From the NCBI GenBank assembly GCA_033442325.1, contig JAWQFM010000003.1:222724-286723 (forward strand): DNA of 64,000 bases, written 5' to 3'. Of this stretch, positions 34,401-46,680 are shown one piece after another. Below the pieces are notes generated by a model that saw only the letters and a list, made by a program, of their open reading frames with translations, was not told where the DNA came from and did no database searches. Numbering within the stretch: the first letter of the stretch is position 1; every line of letters starts with the position of its first letter. The translations under genes were made by a program, and so were the position numbers. The stretch comes from Salpingoeca rosetta (taxonomy: Eukaryota > Protista > Choanoflagellata).

Positions 34401-36077
34401 CTTCTTGACGCTGGTGCTGATGGGTACGACGGTATGTGCGAAGGCGCGGTGCGGGCGGAGGGCAGCGAGAAGCGGTTGTTCTGCATTATGTTGCTGGACG
34501 TTCCGCTGGCGCTGCAGCAAACAGCGGCAGAGCAAATCCAGCTGTGGAGCAGATACGCACAGGCGCCGCTGCTTGTGGTGGCTGGGGCTGACAGCACGCA
34601 CTACGTGTCGAACCAACTGGCGTTTGCGCGCTGTTCCGCTGTGCGCTTGCCGCTTGATACGACGCAGCAGATTGTGCGCCAATACCTGCAGGCCATGACA
34701 GCGGGCGTGACTGTGGTGGCTTCTGAACAGGCAGGCGCCGGCAAGACGTTCTGGGTGAGGCAGGACGCGGCTGCGCACGGATACGCCCTTGCACATGTCC
34801 CCATCACCTCCTTCGAGCAGCTGTACTCGCAGACGGTGAATGCTGTGCGAGCGATGCCGTCCTCAGTTGTTCTCGACCCAGAGCTTCTCAATGCCACGCC
34901 TGTGACCCGCAACACAAGTGGTGGTGGTGGTGGTGGCGTCCGTCCTCACACACAACAGCAAACGGCAATTCACTTTGACGTGTGCTTGCTGGAGGAACAG
35001 CTGGTTGAGTTGGATGCGCTCATGTTTGGGCTGGTGCTGCTTGAGCTGATGCAACACCGGTCCACGGTTGCCTTTTGGAAGAGCGCAACCACGCGCATCT
35101 ACATTGAGGTGCCCAGCCTGTACGTGCTTCGCGCGTGCCGCACACTCCGCGTTCTCGGCCTCCACATTGTCCGCCCAAGCGCGGCCACATTCTGCACAGA
35201 TGCAACACGCCTGCGAATTGGAATGCGGCACCACTTTCAGGCCTTCACCCACAGCAGCAGCAGCAGCAGCAGCAGTGCATCAGCAACGGCGCTGGCGTTA
35301 GTGGACACACAGCCAGTCCGCAACGATGCTGGGAAGGACGGTGCGGATGAGGATGGTAAGGGCGACAGCCCCGGAACAGAAGCAGGTGGCGACACGACAC
35401 ACAAGGTCGACAGTGTGGACGAACATCAAGCCACCAGCAACGCAACAGCAGCGAAAGTGGTGCGCACTGCTGTACCAGACAAGTTTGCGCACGTGACAGC
35501 GCAGCAGCGGCTGTCGTTTGTGAGCCGCGTGCTTTTTGATTACTATGCGCGTGCGTGCGCGTCGCTTGGCATGGACAACGCAACGCCACCGTATGTGTCG
35601 TTGCTGTGCGAGGACGAGAGCAAAGATTTGCCGGCGGAGTGGTGTTGGTCGCTGCTTGAGCTGGCGATGGTGGAAGCGAAAGAAGAACAGCCCTCGCTCT
35701 GGTCCGTTTGGAACACAATCAACGTTTTGTTCTACCAGCTGGCACAGCTACTGTTGGAAGGGCGCGTGCTGCTGGGCTGCAACCCTTCCACGCGCCCAGC
35801 TCTCGCCGCCAGGATCATTGGCTTTGTGCTTGATTCCGCGCTGCAGTTTGGCGGGCGCCAGACCGTTCAGGCCCAGGGCCGCGCCTTCAGCGACGTTGTG
35901 CAGGTTCGCAACACAGGCGTCAATCTCCACGGCGCGTTTTCTCAGTCCGTACGCATCAACGGCCTCCGCTCGTATGTGCACCCAAGCGGTGTGCAATTCT
36001 ACTACTGGTGTGTAAAGTGCCTTACTTGCTTGTTTGCTTGCTGACCTGCTTGTTTTGCGGGCCAGTTTTGGCTGTGC

Positions 36078-36167
<90 letters not shown>

Positions 36168-38686
36168 TTTGAGAGGGGTAATGTTCGTCCTCCTTCCTCC
36201 CATCGTGTGCGCCCTACTCGTTTTGTTTTGTCACATGTGTGGGTTCTCACTCCAGTTCCACAACCCACCAACACCACAACCCACCAACACCACCACCACG
36301 AATACAATCAGCCGCCATCGTGAGGCGTGGGTGGTCGAGGAACCATCTCAGCACTACGCCAAGATGCATCTTGTGAGCACTGATCCCAGTGGCACCCGCG
36401 ACTGGTGCCGTGTGACGACGTCGACGGTATCTGATGTCACGGTGACAGCAGCAGTGGATGGGCACGCGGTGTCCAGCTTGAGCTCGCTCACGCAGTGGAT
36501 TGGGAAGGAAGCGCCCGGCAACACCGTCCGCGTTTGCGTGGCTGCAGGCCGCTTGAAAAAAGAGTTTGTGGCGACCAGAGAGCAGTGGCTGTGTACGCCC
36601 TCGGCATTCATTGTGCTGCTGCACGCACACGACGACGTAGTGCTGCGCCTGAACCCGCTCACTGGGTGGTGCTTCATTCACTCTGGCCAGACACACCTGA
36701 TTACGTCTATGGGTCGCCTTGGTTCTTCAACGTGGACGGTATTGCATGCTGATGAGGCCACCAAGCACACCTACCGGCCAAGCGTTTCCATGGAGGTGGA
36801 CATGCCACCACCAGATCCCGTGCCGGCGTGGGTGGCCAGAAACAGCGTATGGCCGCGCGTAGACAAGATGCGCGCAGAGCGGCAAGTCGACGACGATGCA
36901 TCTTTGGCGTCACCAACGCCGTCGTCATCATCACCATCATCGTCATCAGCGCCATCGTCGGCCTCCGCTGCCAGTCGTCGTGGCGCCAGTACAGTCCCAA
37001 AGCACCTGGCCAGGACCAGTGCCATGATCGGCACTGGCGATGGTGGTGGCGGCGGCGATGCAGCCTTGCGTGTTGGGCATAGGAAGGAGGAGCACGAGGA
37101 GGAAGATGTGGAGAAGGTGATTGAAGACGCCCCAAATCCGTTTGCAACGGCTGCTGGTCGCCTGATTCAGCCGTGGGGTGAGGCGCTGCACGACTGCCTC
37201 GTCTTCCACGCTGAGCTGGAGAAGGGCGCCTTCCTGCTGTCGTTGCAGCCATACACCATGCGCAACTTCAGGCTGGGGCTTGCGACCAGCCAGGCCTTGG
37301 AAGAGCACGGAGTGGTGGTGCCGCAGAGCTTCACCGACCTTGAGAAGCACGTGCATGAGGTGCTGAGTGGCATGACGGGCCACGCACGCTCGAGCGATGA
37401 GGCGCGCGCGCTGCTTGGCGGCAAGTACCACCTCACCATCGACAACCTGCTGAAGATGGTGGCGGTGTACGTTCGCCTGCGCTGCGGCATCCCTGTCGTG
37501 CTGTTGGGCGAGTGCGGCTGCGGCAAGACCATGCTGATTCGCTTCCTGTGCGAGTGGCTCGACGTGCCCCTGCTCATCTTGGATGTGCACGGCGGCACGC
37601 AGGAACGCGAGTTTGAGGACATCTTCGCCCGCGCGGAGAAGGAGCTTGCGTCCGCACCGAACCCAAGCACAGCACGCGTGTTTGTGTTTTTGGATGAGGT
37701 GAACACTTGCAACCACATTGGGCTTGTGCGGGAGATTGTGTTCAGCCGCTCCCTGCACGGGCGTCCCATTTCCTCGGGCATCAAGGTGCTGTGCGCCCTC
37801 AACCCGTATCGTGAGCGCGTGCAGAAGGAGGGCACACAGACCCCCGGCCTGGTGTACACGCTGCAGCAGGAGCGCACAGACACAATGGCCAAACTTGTCT
37901 ATCGCGTGCACCCGGTGCCGCTGACCTTTCTGGATTTTGCATTTGACTTTGGGCAACTGTCCTCCACCGAGGAGGACTCGTACATCTTGGGCATGGTTCA
38001 GGGAAGCCTCCCAGACCACGAACGACACGAGCACGAGCTTGTGGCGCGGCTGATCTTGCTGTCACAGGCGTTTATCCGCGAGTGCGATGGCGATGTGAGC
38101 GCCGCCAGCCTGCGCGACGTGCGTCGCTGCCTCAACCTGCTCGTGTGGTTCAAGTCCAACCTGGTGACGAAGAAGGCGACCAAGATCTCCCCGCTGGCCG
38201 TGGCAGCCACGCTCGCGCTGGCGTTCACGTACTGGTATCGCCTCAACAGCGATGAGGCGCGCAAGGGCTACTGGACAAGGTTGCGCAAGCAGGCGGATTT
38301 CCGGTCCTTCAACCTCATTGAGAGCAAGATGGAACCGCTGCGGCACAAGGGCACGTTTGAATCCATTATCCAGCAGTTGCAGCAGAAGTTCTGTGAGAAC
38401 GTGTCGCTTGAAGAGGATGTTGCCCTGAACAGTGCGTTGAAGGAAAACGTGTTTGTGACCGTCGTGTCCATGCTCAACAAGCTGCCATGCATGATTGTCG
38501 GCAAGCCAGGCAGCTCAAAGACGCTCGCCTTGCAGGTATGTTTGGATGTGTAGTCGTTTGCTTGGCCTTTGGTGGGCCGTAGGGGGGGGGGTTGTGCACA
38601 CGCCTGACGTGATCATGGTCATGCCCTTGCTGCTGTTGCTGCTGCTTGTTGCAAGGTGAATGGGGTTCGATTCCGACTGTCGATGT

Positions 38687-38718
<32 letters not shown>

Positions 38719-38758
38719 CACACACACACACACACACGCACGCACGCACACACACATG

Positions 38759-38832
<74 letters not shown>

Positions 38833-41800
38833 ATCTGTCTTTGTCACTGTGCACTCCAACAGGTCATTTCTGCAAATTTGCAAGGGCCGCAGAGCAGGAA
38901 CCCGTTCTGGCGGCGCTTCCCGGCCGTGACCATGTTCCAATTCCAGTGCTCGCCTCTCACCACGGCCAGCGGCATTCTGCAGCAGTTTGAGGTTGCCAAG
39001 CGCTATCAGGCGTCGTCCGAAGATGTCGCCGCCGTTCTGGTCCTCGATGAGGTTGGTCATTCGTGTGTATGGGTGCACATGTGTGCATGAATTGCGTGAA
39101 CGAGTGCGTGGATGTATGTGCATTTCGTGTATGTGCGCATGCGTAAGTGCATCACGACTTGTGAGCGTGTGTACATCCGTTACTTGTTGTAGGCATGTGT
39201 GAGCCGTCCTTGTGCTGAGCACGATGACACTGCCAACAGGCCCTGCATCGTTCACTATCAACCGTGGAACACCTCACGCTTCTGCTGTTGTGCTTTGAAT
39301 GGCAGATTGGTCTTGCGGAGTTTTCTCCCGACATGCCGCTGAAGGTTCTTCACGGTCTTCTTGTGGACCCGCCCATCCCCATCGTGGGCGTCTCAAACTG
39401 GGTACGCTCGCGATCCATGTTGCCTTGTATGTTTTGAATGCTTTGTTAAGGCGTCCTTGCTCACCTCATGATGATCGTGATGTTTCAACACACAACCAGG
39501 CGCTTGATGCAGCAAAGATGAACCGCGCAATCTGCCTGAGCCGTCCAAGCCCAAACTTCGAGACCCTTGTCACAACTGGTGCGTGTGTGTGTGCGTTTGT
39601 GCGTTTGTGCGTTTGTGCGTTTGTGCGTTTGTGCGTTTGTGCGTGTGCGTGTGCTTGCTTGTCGTCTGGTTTGCGTACACACTTGTGCGTTGCGTGCAAT
39701 CGCGTCAACCTCCAGTGTCTTCTGCCTCTCAAGACCACATGTTCTCCACCATCACCACCATCCCCCACCTGCGTGCCCCCTCCCTCCAAAATGTGCCCAC
39801 AGGCCGCCACATTCTGGGCGAATCAAAAGCAGCTGTGCAGCAGCTGTTGAACCGGATGCTGGAGCCGCTTGCCTCTGCGTTTCACACACTGATCCAAGAG
39901 GGCGAGAAGAAGCGGGCTTCCAAGGTGTTCTTTGGCATGCGAGACTACTACAGCCTGCTCAAGATGATGAAGCGACAGTTCACCACGGACCCAAAGCGCC
40001 TCCTCCGCGGCATGACCTCCCACGACCTCAACATGCTCGTCTGCCGCAACTTTGGCGGCGACACAGCCCTGCTCACGCGGGCCGTGCGTCTGTTCCACAT
40101 CCGCTGTCTTGGGCACGGCGCATCGGAACGCCCCGTGCACGTGCTTGATCTTGCGCGCGCGAACCTGTGCGATGCACACGCGCGCCACCTCCTGCTCTTC
40201 ACGTCCAACTCCATGGCACTGGAGATGCTGTTTGGGGCCGGTCTGATCCAAGGCACCAACACACGCGTGCTGATTGGCAGCCAGTTCACGGAAGACGCGT
40301 CTGAGCTGCAGCTGATCCACCAGATCAACGACGTGCGTCGCGCCATGGAGGCCGGCGACACCCTCATCCTCGTCAACCACTTCAACATCTTCGAGTCGCT
40401 GTACGACCTCCTCAACATGCGATACGTGACCAAGACGAACAAGCAAGGCAAGCGCGTCCGCATGCTTCGCCTGGCCATCGGCTCCCGCTCGCAGCTGTGC
40501 GAGGTTGCAGACGGGTTCAAGGTGATTGTCATTGTGGAGGACGCGGCGAAGCGCAAGCTGGACTTGCCCTTCCTCAACCGCTTTGAGCGCCAGCTCATGC
40601 GCCCGCACGACGTCGTGACGAAATACCAGCAGCCGCTGGTAGAGGAGTTGCTGGAGTGGGTGCGGGCCATTGTCAGGGAGACGGGGCTCGGCAAGGTGTC
40701 GCGCGTGTTCCCTTGCCTGACCAACGACAGCCTGCCGTCTGCAGTCCTACTGGCGCTCAAGTTCAAGCCCGTGCCTTCCGATGAGGACATGGAGTGTGCA
40801 GGCGACCTGGTCAAGGACTGGCTGTACCGCATCGCCACGCCATCGGCCGTCTTGCACTCGCCAACGCTGCAAGAGGCGTTTGGTGGCCTGGACGGCTTTC
40901 TCCAGACCCATGGCGACCTTGCTGCCGTCATGCGCGCATATGTGCTGCGGCCAAAGAAGACGCACACATTGTCGTCTCTGCAAACAGCAGCGCCCGCAGA
41001 AAAGGAGGCGCAGCCACAGAAGAAGAAACAGCAGCAGCAGCACGCAGACGCCAACGCAGCGCAGAGTCAGGGCGAAACAGCTGCCGCCACCCAGGGCGAA
41101 GAAACACCTTCAGATGGTACCGATGCGACAAGCGACGTTGCCACTGCTGATGTGGGCGGTGATGGTGCGACAATGACGACGGCAGCAAGGCAGCCAGATG
41201 TGGCAAAGGCGGACGAAGGTGCTCAACAACAAGGTACTGGTGCCGAAACAACGCAGGTTGGAGCAAAGCAAGAAGAGGCAGCAGAAGATGTGGCAGAAGA
41301 AGAAACAGTGTCCAAGGGCACCGCGACAGCGCCCGAGGAGCAGTCGGCTGTGGGTGACACCGCTAGCACCACAGGCACAGCCACGAGTACACCCGCAACT
41401 GCGACCACCACGACCGTGACCGAGGAAGCAAAGGTTGAAGACGAACGTACGTGCAGGGACAATGAGGCGCAACACCGGCGCAAGCGTCGCACGTACCGTG
41501 ACGTGGACAGCGATCTGACGGTGCTGCTGACCCAGTCTGCAGCGGCACACATGACGCCATCGACCTTTGACGGGCTTGTTGGACCAGCGTGGGATGTGCA
41601 CTATGAGAACTTTGCTGCCTTCTCCTCGGAGCGGCAGCTGGAGGCGCGCCTGACCGGCTTCTTCACCGATGCCGCTGCGCTCGTTCGTGCGGCCACAGCC
41701 CAAGACGACAACGAGGACAACGGCAGCAACAAAGGCGACGAGAGTGCTGGTGAGGGCACGGAAGCACGCAGTCATCAGCGTGCGCATCGCGAGGGCGCGG

Positions 41801-44800
41801 GCGCGGTGGTACGTGAGCAAGGCCTGACGGCGCTAGCTTCAGACACCAAGACGCATGCTTTGCTGGTGCTGCAGTGCGACTCGCTTGCTGCCAAGGCCGA
41901 GGTGATTCGCCACGCCATGTGGCTGTGTCGCGCGGGACGTGACAGGATGCTGCGAGACAGCGGGCTCTCGCCTCGGCAGGCATCGCACATCAAGGTGCTG
42001 GTTGTGCTGCATCTTCCCCCGAGCGTGAAGGGCCGCAAGCGCTACTTCCCACTCACGTTCATGCGGGACTGGCAGTGCCTCTTCTGCGACGACCTGCGGC
42101 CACAGCAGCAGGGCGCCTTCCGCGTGCAAGTGCAGCGCACCGTGTACGAGCTTGTGCGTGACGGCCACATCTCCGTTGAGCGTGCACTCAAGACGCAGTT
42201 TATGGCCGCGCTCTCCCGCTGCCGTGTCCCCGTCGAGACAGCAGGCGGCACAGCTGCTGACCATAGTGGTGGTGTTGGCGGTGGCCGTGGCCGTGGTGCT
42301 GCAGAAGATGGTGATGGCGATGGCGACGGCAGCGGTGGCGTTGGACGTGAGCTGTCCACACCTGCGTCCACAAACCACTATGCCCGCGTGGTCATGTTCT
42401 CACGTTTGCTGAAGAACGCGCGCTTCCTCGCCCTATTCGCCAAAGTGGTGGAGGAGGTGGCACGTGTGGCACTCGCCGACGGCAAGCACTCCACCGTTCA
42501 TGTGCAATGGGCATCGAAAACCCCGCACGGGTCCCTGCGTGAGTCACTGCACACGTGCTTGGAGGCGGTGATTGTGGACATCATGGCATACGTGTTGCCT
42601 GCGCTTGACCACCACTTCACATTGAGTGTTCTGGATGCTGCGCTGGAGCGTGGTGACCGCGCAAGCGTGGACCTGTGCTTCAAGCTGTGGGGCTCGCCCA
42701 CTGTGCTTGATGTTGAGGCGCTTGGCATGACATACCGCCCACAGCAGCACCGCGTCATCACCATGCCCCACGCAGGGCAGCACGCCATTGCGCCAAACGC
42801 GTTCCCAATGTCATATCGGATCATGAAGCATCTGGTGGCTGAGCAGACGCGCGCCCTCGTGCTGACCAAGGCAGGCACAGACGTGATGCGCGCCGCAAGC
42901 GTGCTGCAGCAGGCATGCCACACCGTGTTTGGGCCGAGCCTTGTGCGCGCTTGGGCGTCGCAGCGCGACGCACAGAGACAGCAGCTGCGGTATCTGTATG
43001 ATCTGGTCAACTATCACGTTGCACCCTCGCGGGGCCTCACCTGGCAGCAGCACGCGCGGTGCCTGGCGCTGATTGGACGCGCATGCGACCCCGTGTTGCT
43101 CGCCAGCGTGGCCGGGCTGCACGCCGTGCTGATGCAAAACGAGCTTCGCCTGTCCACCTATCTTTCGCTCCTGGCCAACGAGCACCTGTCGGGCGTCATC
43201 CATGTCGACAGCGTCCTGGAGCACTTGGAGGATTGTGTGGATTCGCTGCTCAGTTCACCGTCGCCGCAGCAAAGCGGAAGCACTGCTTATGGTGCCGCTG
43301 GTGACGGCGCCACATTTCTGGCCCCCGAGGACGACGACGACCTCTTGCTTGACGACGCTGACGATGACGCTGACGATGACGATGACGATGATGTTGAAGG
43401 TGGTGAGTATGATACGAACAATCGTGGTGACGACGGTCATGCAGTGGGAGCATCGCCAGCAACGACTGCAGGAACAACAGCGATGGCAGCAACAGCTGGC
43501 ACCTCCATGTCCGCTGCGCGTGCACGACTGCAGACGGTGGACACGGAGCTGACGAAGCAAGTGCTGCGAGCAGTTCGGGAGAAGCTTGAGTCGGCGGTTG
43601 GGGAGGATTCGCTGGTGCAATTGGTGGAGGCCGTGCAGACGATCCACACTGTCTCGCCGCAGGTGAACCGGCTCTTGTGCGCACACGGTAGCGAGGCCAG
43701 CGACGAACACAAAGAGGACAGTAGCAGCGAAGAAGAAGAAGATGATGGTGGTGGTGATGATCCGCAACGCAATGCAACGTGCGCACAACTGCGTGAGATG
43801 GCGGGTCTCTCTGCGTTGGCGGATCTTCTGCAAGTGCTGCAGCAAACAGCATGCCAGCCGCTGCGCAGAGTCACCAGCTTGCGATACCGCGCCAGAGGCC
43901 ACCTCGGGCCCTTGGAGTTGGAGGAAGCGGGCGTGACCCCTCACGTGCTGGGCGCGCACGTGCTGCTGGAGAATGCCGCAAGCCTGCGTGTTGTGGACAC
44001 GGCGCACATCACGTCTGCGCTGCGCACGGTGGCGCAGGTGTGCGCTGTATTCAGGGAAGGCGCGCTGTTTGCGGCAGAGGACGCGTGGCTGAGCGGCATG
44101 ACCGCTGTGGACGAGGCTGAGAGCGTGCACCTGCTTGCTGCGCGGCGCATGGACTATCTTCAGGCCTCGCTCGTCTCGGCCTATTTGCAGCACTGCATGG
44201 CGTGCGTGGAGCTGAGCCCGCGCCACCTGATGCGTGCGCGTGCGTCGGTGTGCGAGCGGCTGTGGACACTGCTGAGCGAGTTTGAGCTTGAGGGCGCGAA
44301 TCACGGTAACCGCACGTCTGCAGCCGAGGCCAAGAGCTTGGTGCTGCGCGGTGCGCTGATTGCATTCGAGACGGTGTCTGGCACGACGGCGATGGACATG
44401 TGCGAGCAACGGCGCGGGCGCGTGTCTGCACAGGCGCTGCTCGTCACGTTGTGGGACGTGATGGATCGCAATGCACAGGGCCATGCTGACGGCGGCAGTG
44501 GCAGCGACAAGTCTGCACGCGTGCTCACAGCCCGTGCGGTGAAGGCTGTGGCGTTGCCCAAGGCCGCGCTCTCCGTGGAGAAGCGGGACGACGGTGTGAC
44601 CGTGTTCCTGCGCGGTCTGGTGGCGTGCCACCGTGCGCTTTCGAGCTTCACGCGGTCTCTGCAACGACGTAGCGCCACGCGCCCGCCCGCACAGTCGCCG
44701 CAAGGCCCGCTGGCGCAGCTGTTGGCGGAGCACTGGGCTGGGCTGCACGTGCTCAAGCGGGTGCGGCGAACGATGGGCATCGAGGGGATTGCGATGCTGA

Positions 44801-45940
44801 CGGCGTGGACGGAGCAGCAGCGGCCTTGGGTGAAGCTCGATCGCACGCTGCAGGTTGCGGCGAGTGACAGGCTGCCGGACGTGTTTAAGCACTTCACGCA
44901 CGCGCAGAACCAGCCGCTGATGAATGTGGCCGTGCACTTTGCGGTGACGTGCGATGACTACTCGGAACTCAAGCACCAGTTTTCGCCCTCGCTCCTGTCA
45001 TCCGAGCTGATGAACGCTTTTTCGTGCTTTCTTGGTGCCTACTTTTCCCAAGTTATCGAGCCAAACCTCCATCGTAAGCACGTGCTATGTGGGGCAATGC
45101 GTGGTGTTTGGGTTGTCATTGTTGCTGTTTTGGTCTCAGGTGCTACATTTCGCGCTTGTTCGTGTGCCCACATGCTTTGTTGTTCTTGCTCATGAATTAC
45201 TTTTCGATGTTCATACAAACACACTCACACAACACAAACACAAATGCACACACACACGCACACACACACGCACACACACACGCACACACACACATCAAGG
45301 CACGCGTGGCGTGAAAGAACTGCACAAGTGGTTGCGTGCGAACGTGTTGTCCCGGCTCTCTGGTCCAGCTTACCAGCTGCTGCAGTGGATTCTCGATGGC
45401 TGCCGCTTTGGGGTGAATGCGCATACACATGTTTACTCACGTGTTGTTACATATACACACGTTTACTCACGTGTTGTTACATATACACACATGTACATAC
45501 AGACACATGCACGCACGCGCATGTACATAAACGTGCGCGCGCGCACGGCCTGTGTTGTGATGCAGCGTGTCAGTGAAAGGCGCCTGCTCACTGTCGTCGC
45601 GTGCTTTCGTACAATCGCTTCAACGTACGACTTACATGGCTTGTTGTTGTCTCCTGCTTGGCCCGTGCCAGTTTTCCCACACGGCGGAAGACGAAGAGGA
45701 TCACGAACAGGAAGATGTGGTGCTGCAGCAGCTGGCGTTTGTGCTGGGCATCATCGCCATGCGTCAACCCCGGTCCTGGCTCGGTGAACTTGTGGTGTCG
45801 CCTGCCTCGTCCTCCAAAGCCTACATCGTCACCATCCCAGGCAACGAACTCGCTCTCATCTTCAACTCCTCACCCTATGTCGGCTGGTACCGCTGCCCCA
45901 ACGTACGTGCGTGCGTGCATGCGTGTGCGTGCGTGCGTGC

Positions 45941-45999
<59 letters not shown>

Positions 46000-46604
46000 T
46001 GTGTTTTTGTGTGTACGTGTGTGCGTGCGTGCGTGCGTGCATGCGTGTGCGTGCATGCGTGTGCGTGCATGCGTGTGCGTGCGCATGTGTGTGGGGGGGA
46101 GGGGCTCCACTTGATGTGCGTGCGTACGTGGACTTCTCTCCGTCTCTCCGTCTCTCCGTCTCTCCGTCTGTCTGTCTTTCTCTCCCACTGCTTGTGTTTT
46201 GCATGTCAGTCACCACACACGCACTGTGTCCTTCCTTGCTGACTTGTCCTTTGTATTGATGGGGGTGTCGTTTCTGCGTTTCCATGCTGCGCAGGGCCAC
46301 CTGTACTCTGTTGGCGAGTGCACGATGCCGATGCAGCAGTCCAGGTGCCCCGACTGCAAAAAGTCGATTGGCGGACTCAACCACAACATGCTCTCAACAA
46401 ACACCAGAATCTCCGATTCAGAGGTGCGGCCAGACAAATTGTTCAAAGGGTGGAGGGGGGGGGATTGGAGTAAGCGGTACCACTGTGCCATTTGTTGTTG
46501 TCTCGCCTAATCACTGACACTCGTCTGACATAATCGTACACAAACACTCACGTTCGCACACATGTTCACGCACACACACGCACACACACACACACGCACG
46601 CACG

Positions 46605-46680
<76 letters not shown>

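Noticed and set aside
43255-44976. 573-aa minus-strand ORF, and similar ones at 23071-24561, 33564-34796, 36946-38034 and 39948-41054
   Set aside because: Antisense shadows of GC-rich exons of the RNF213-like gene.
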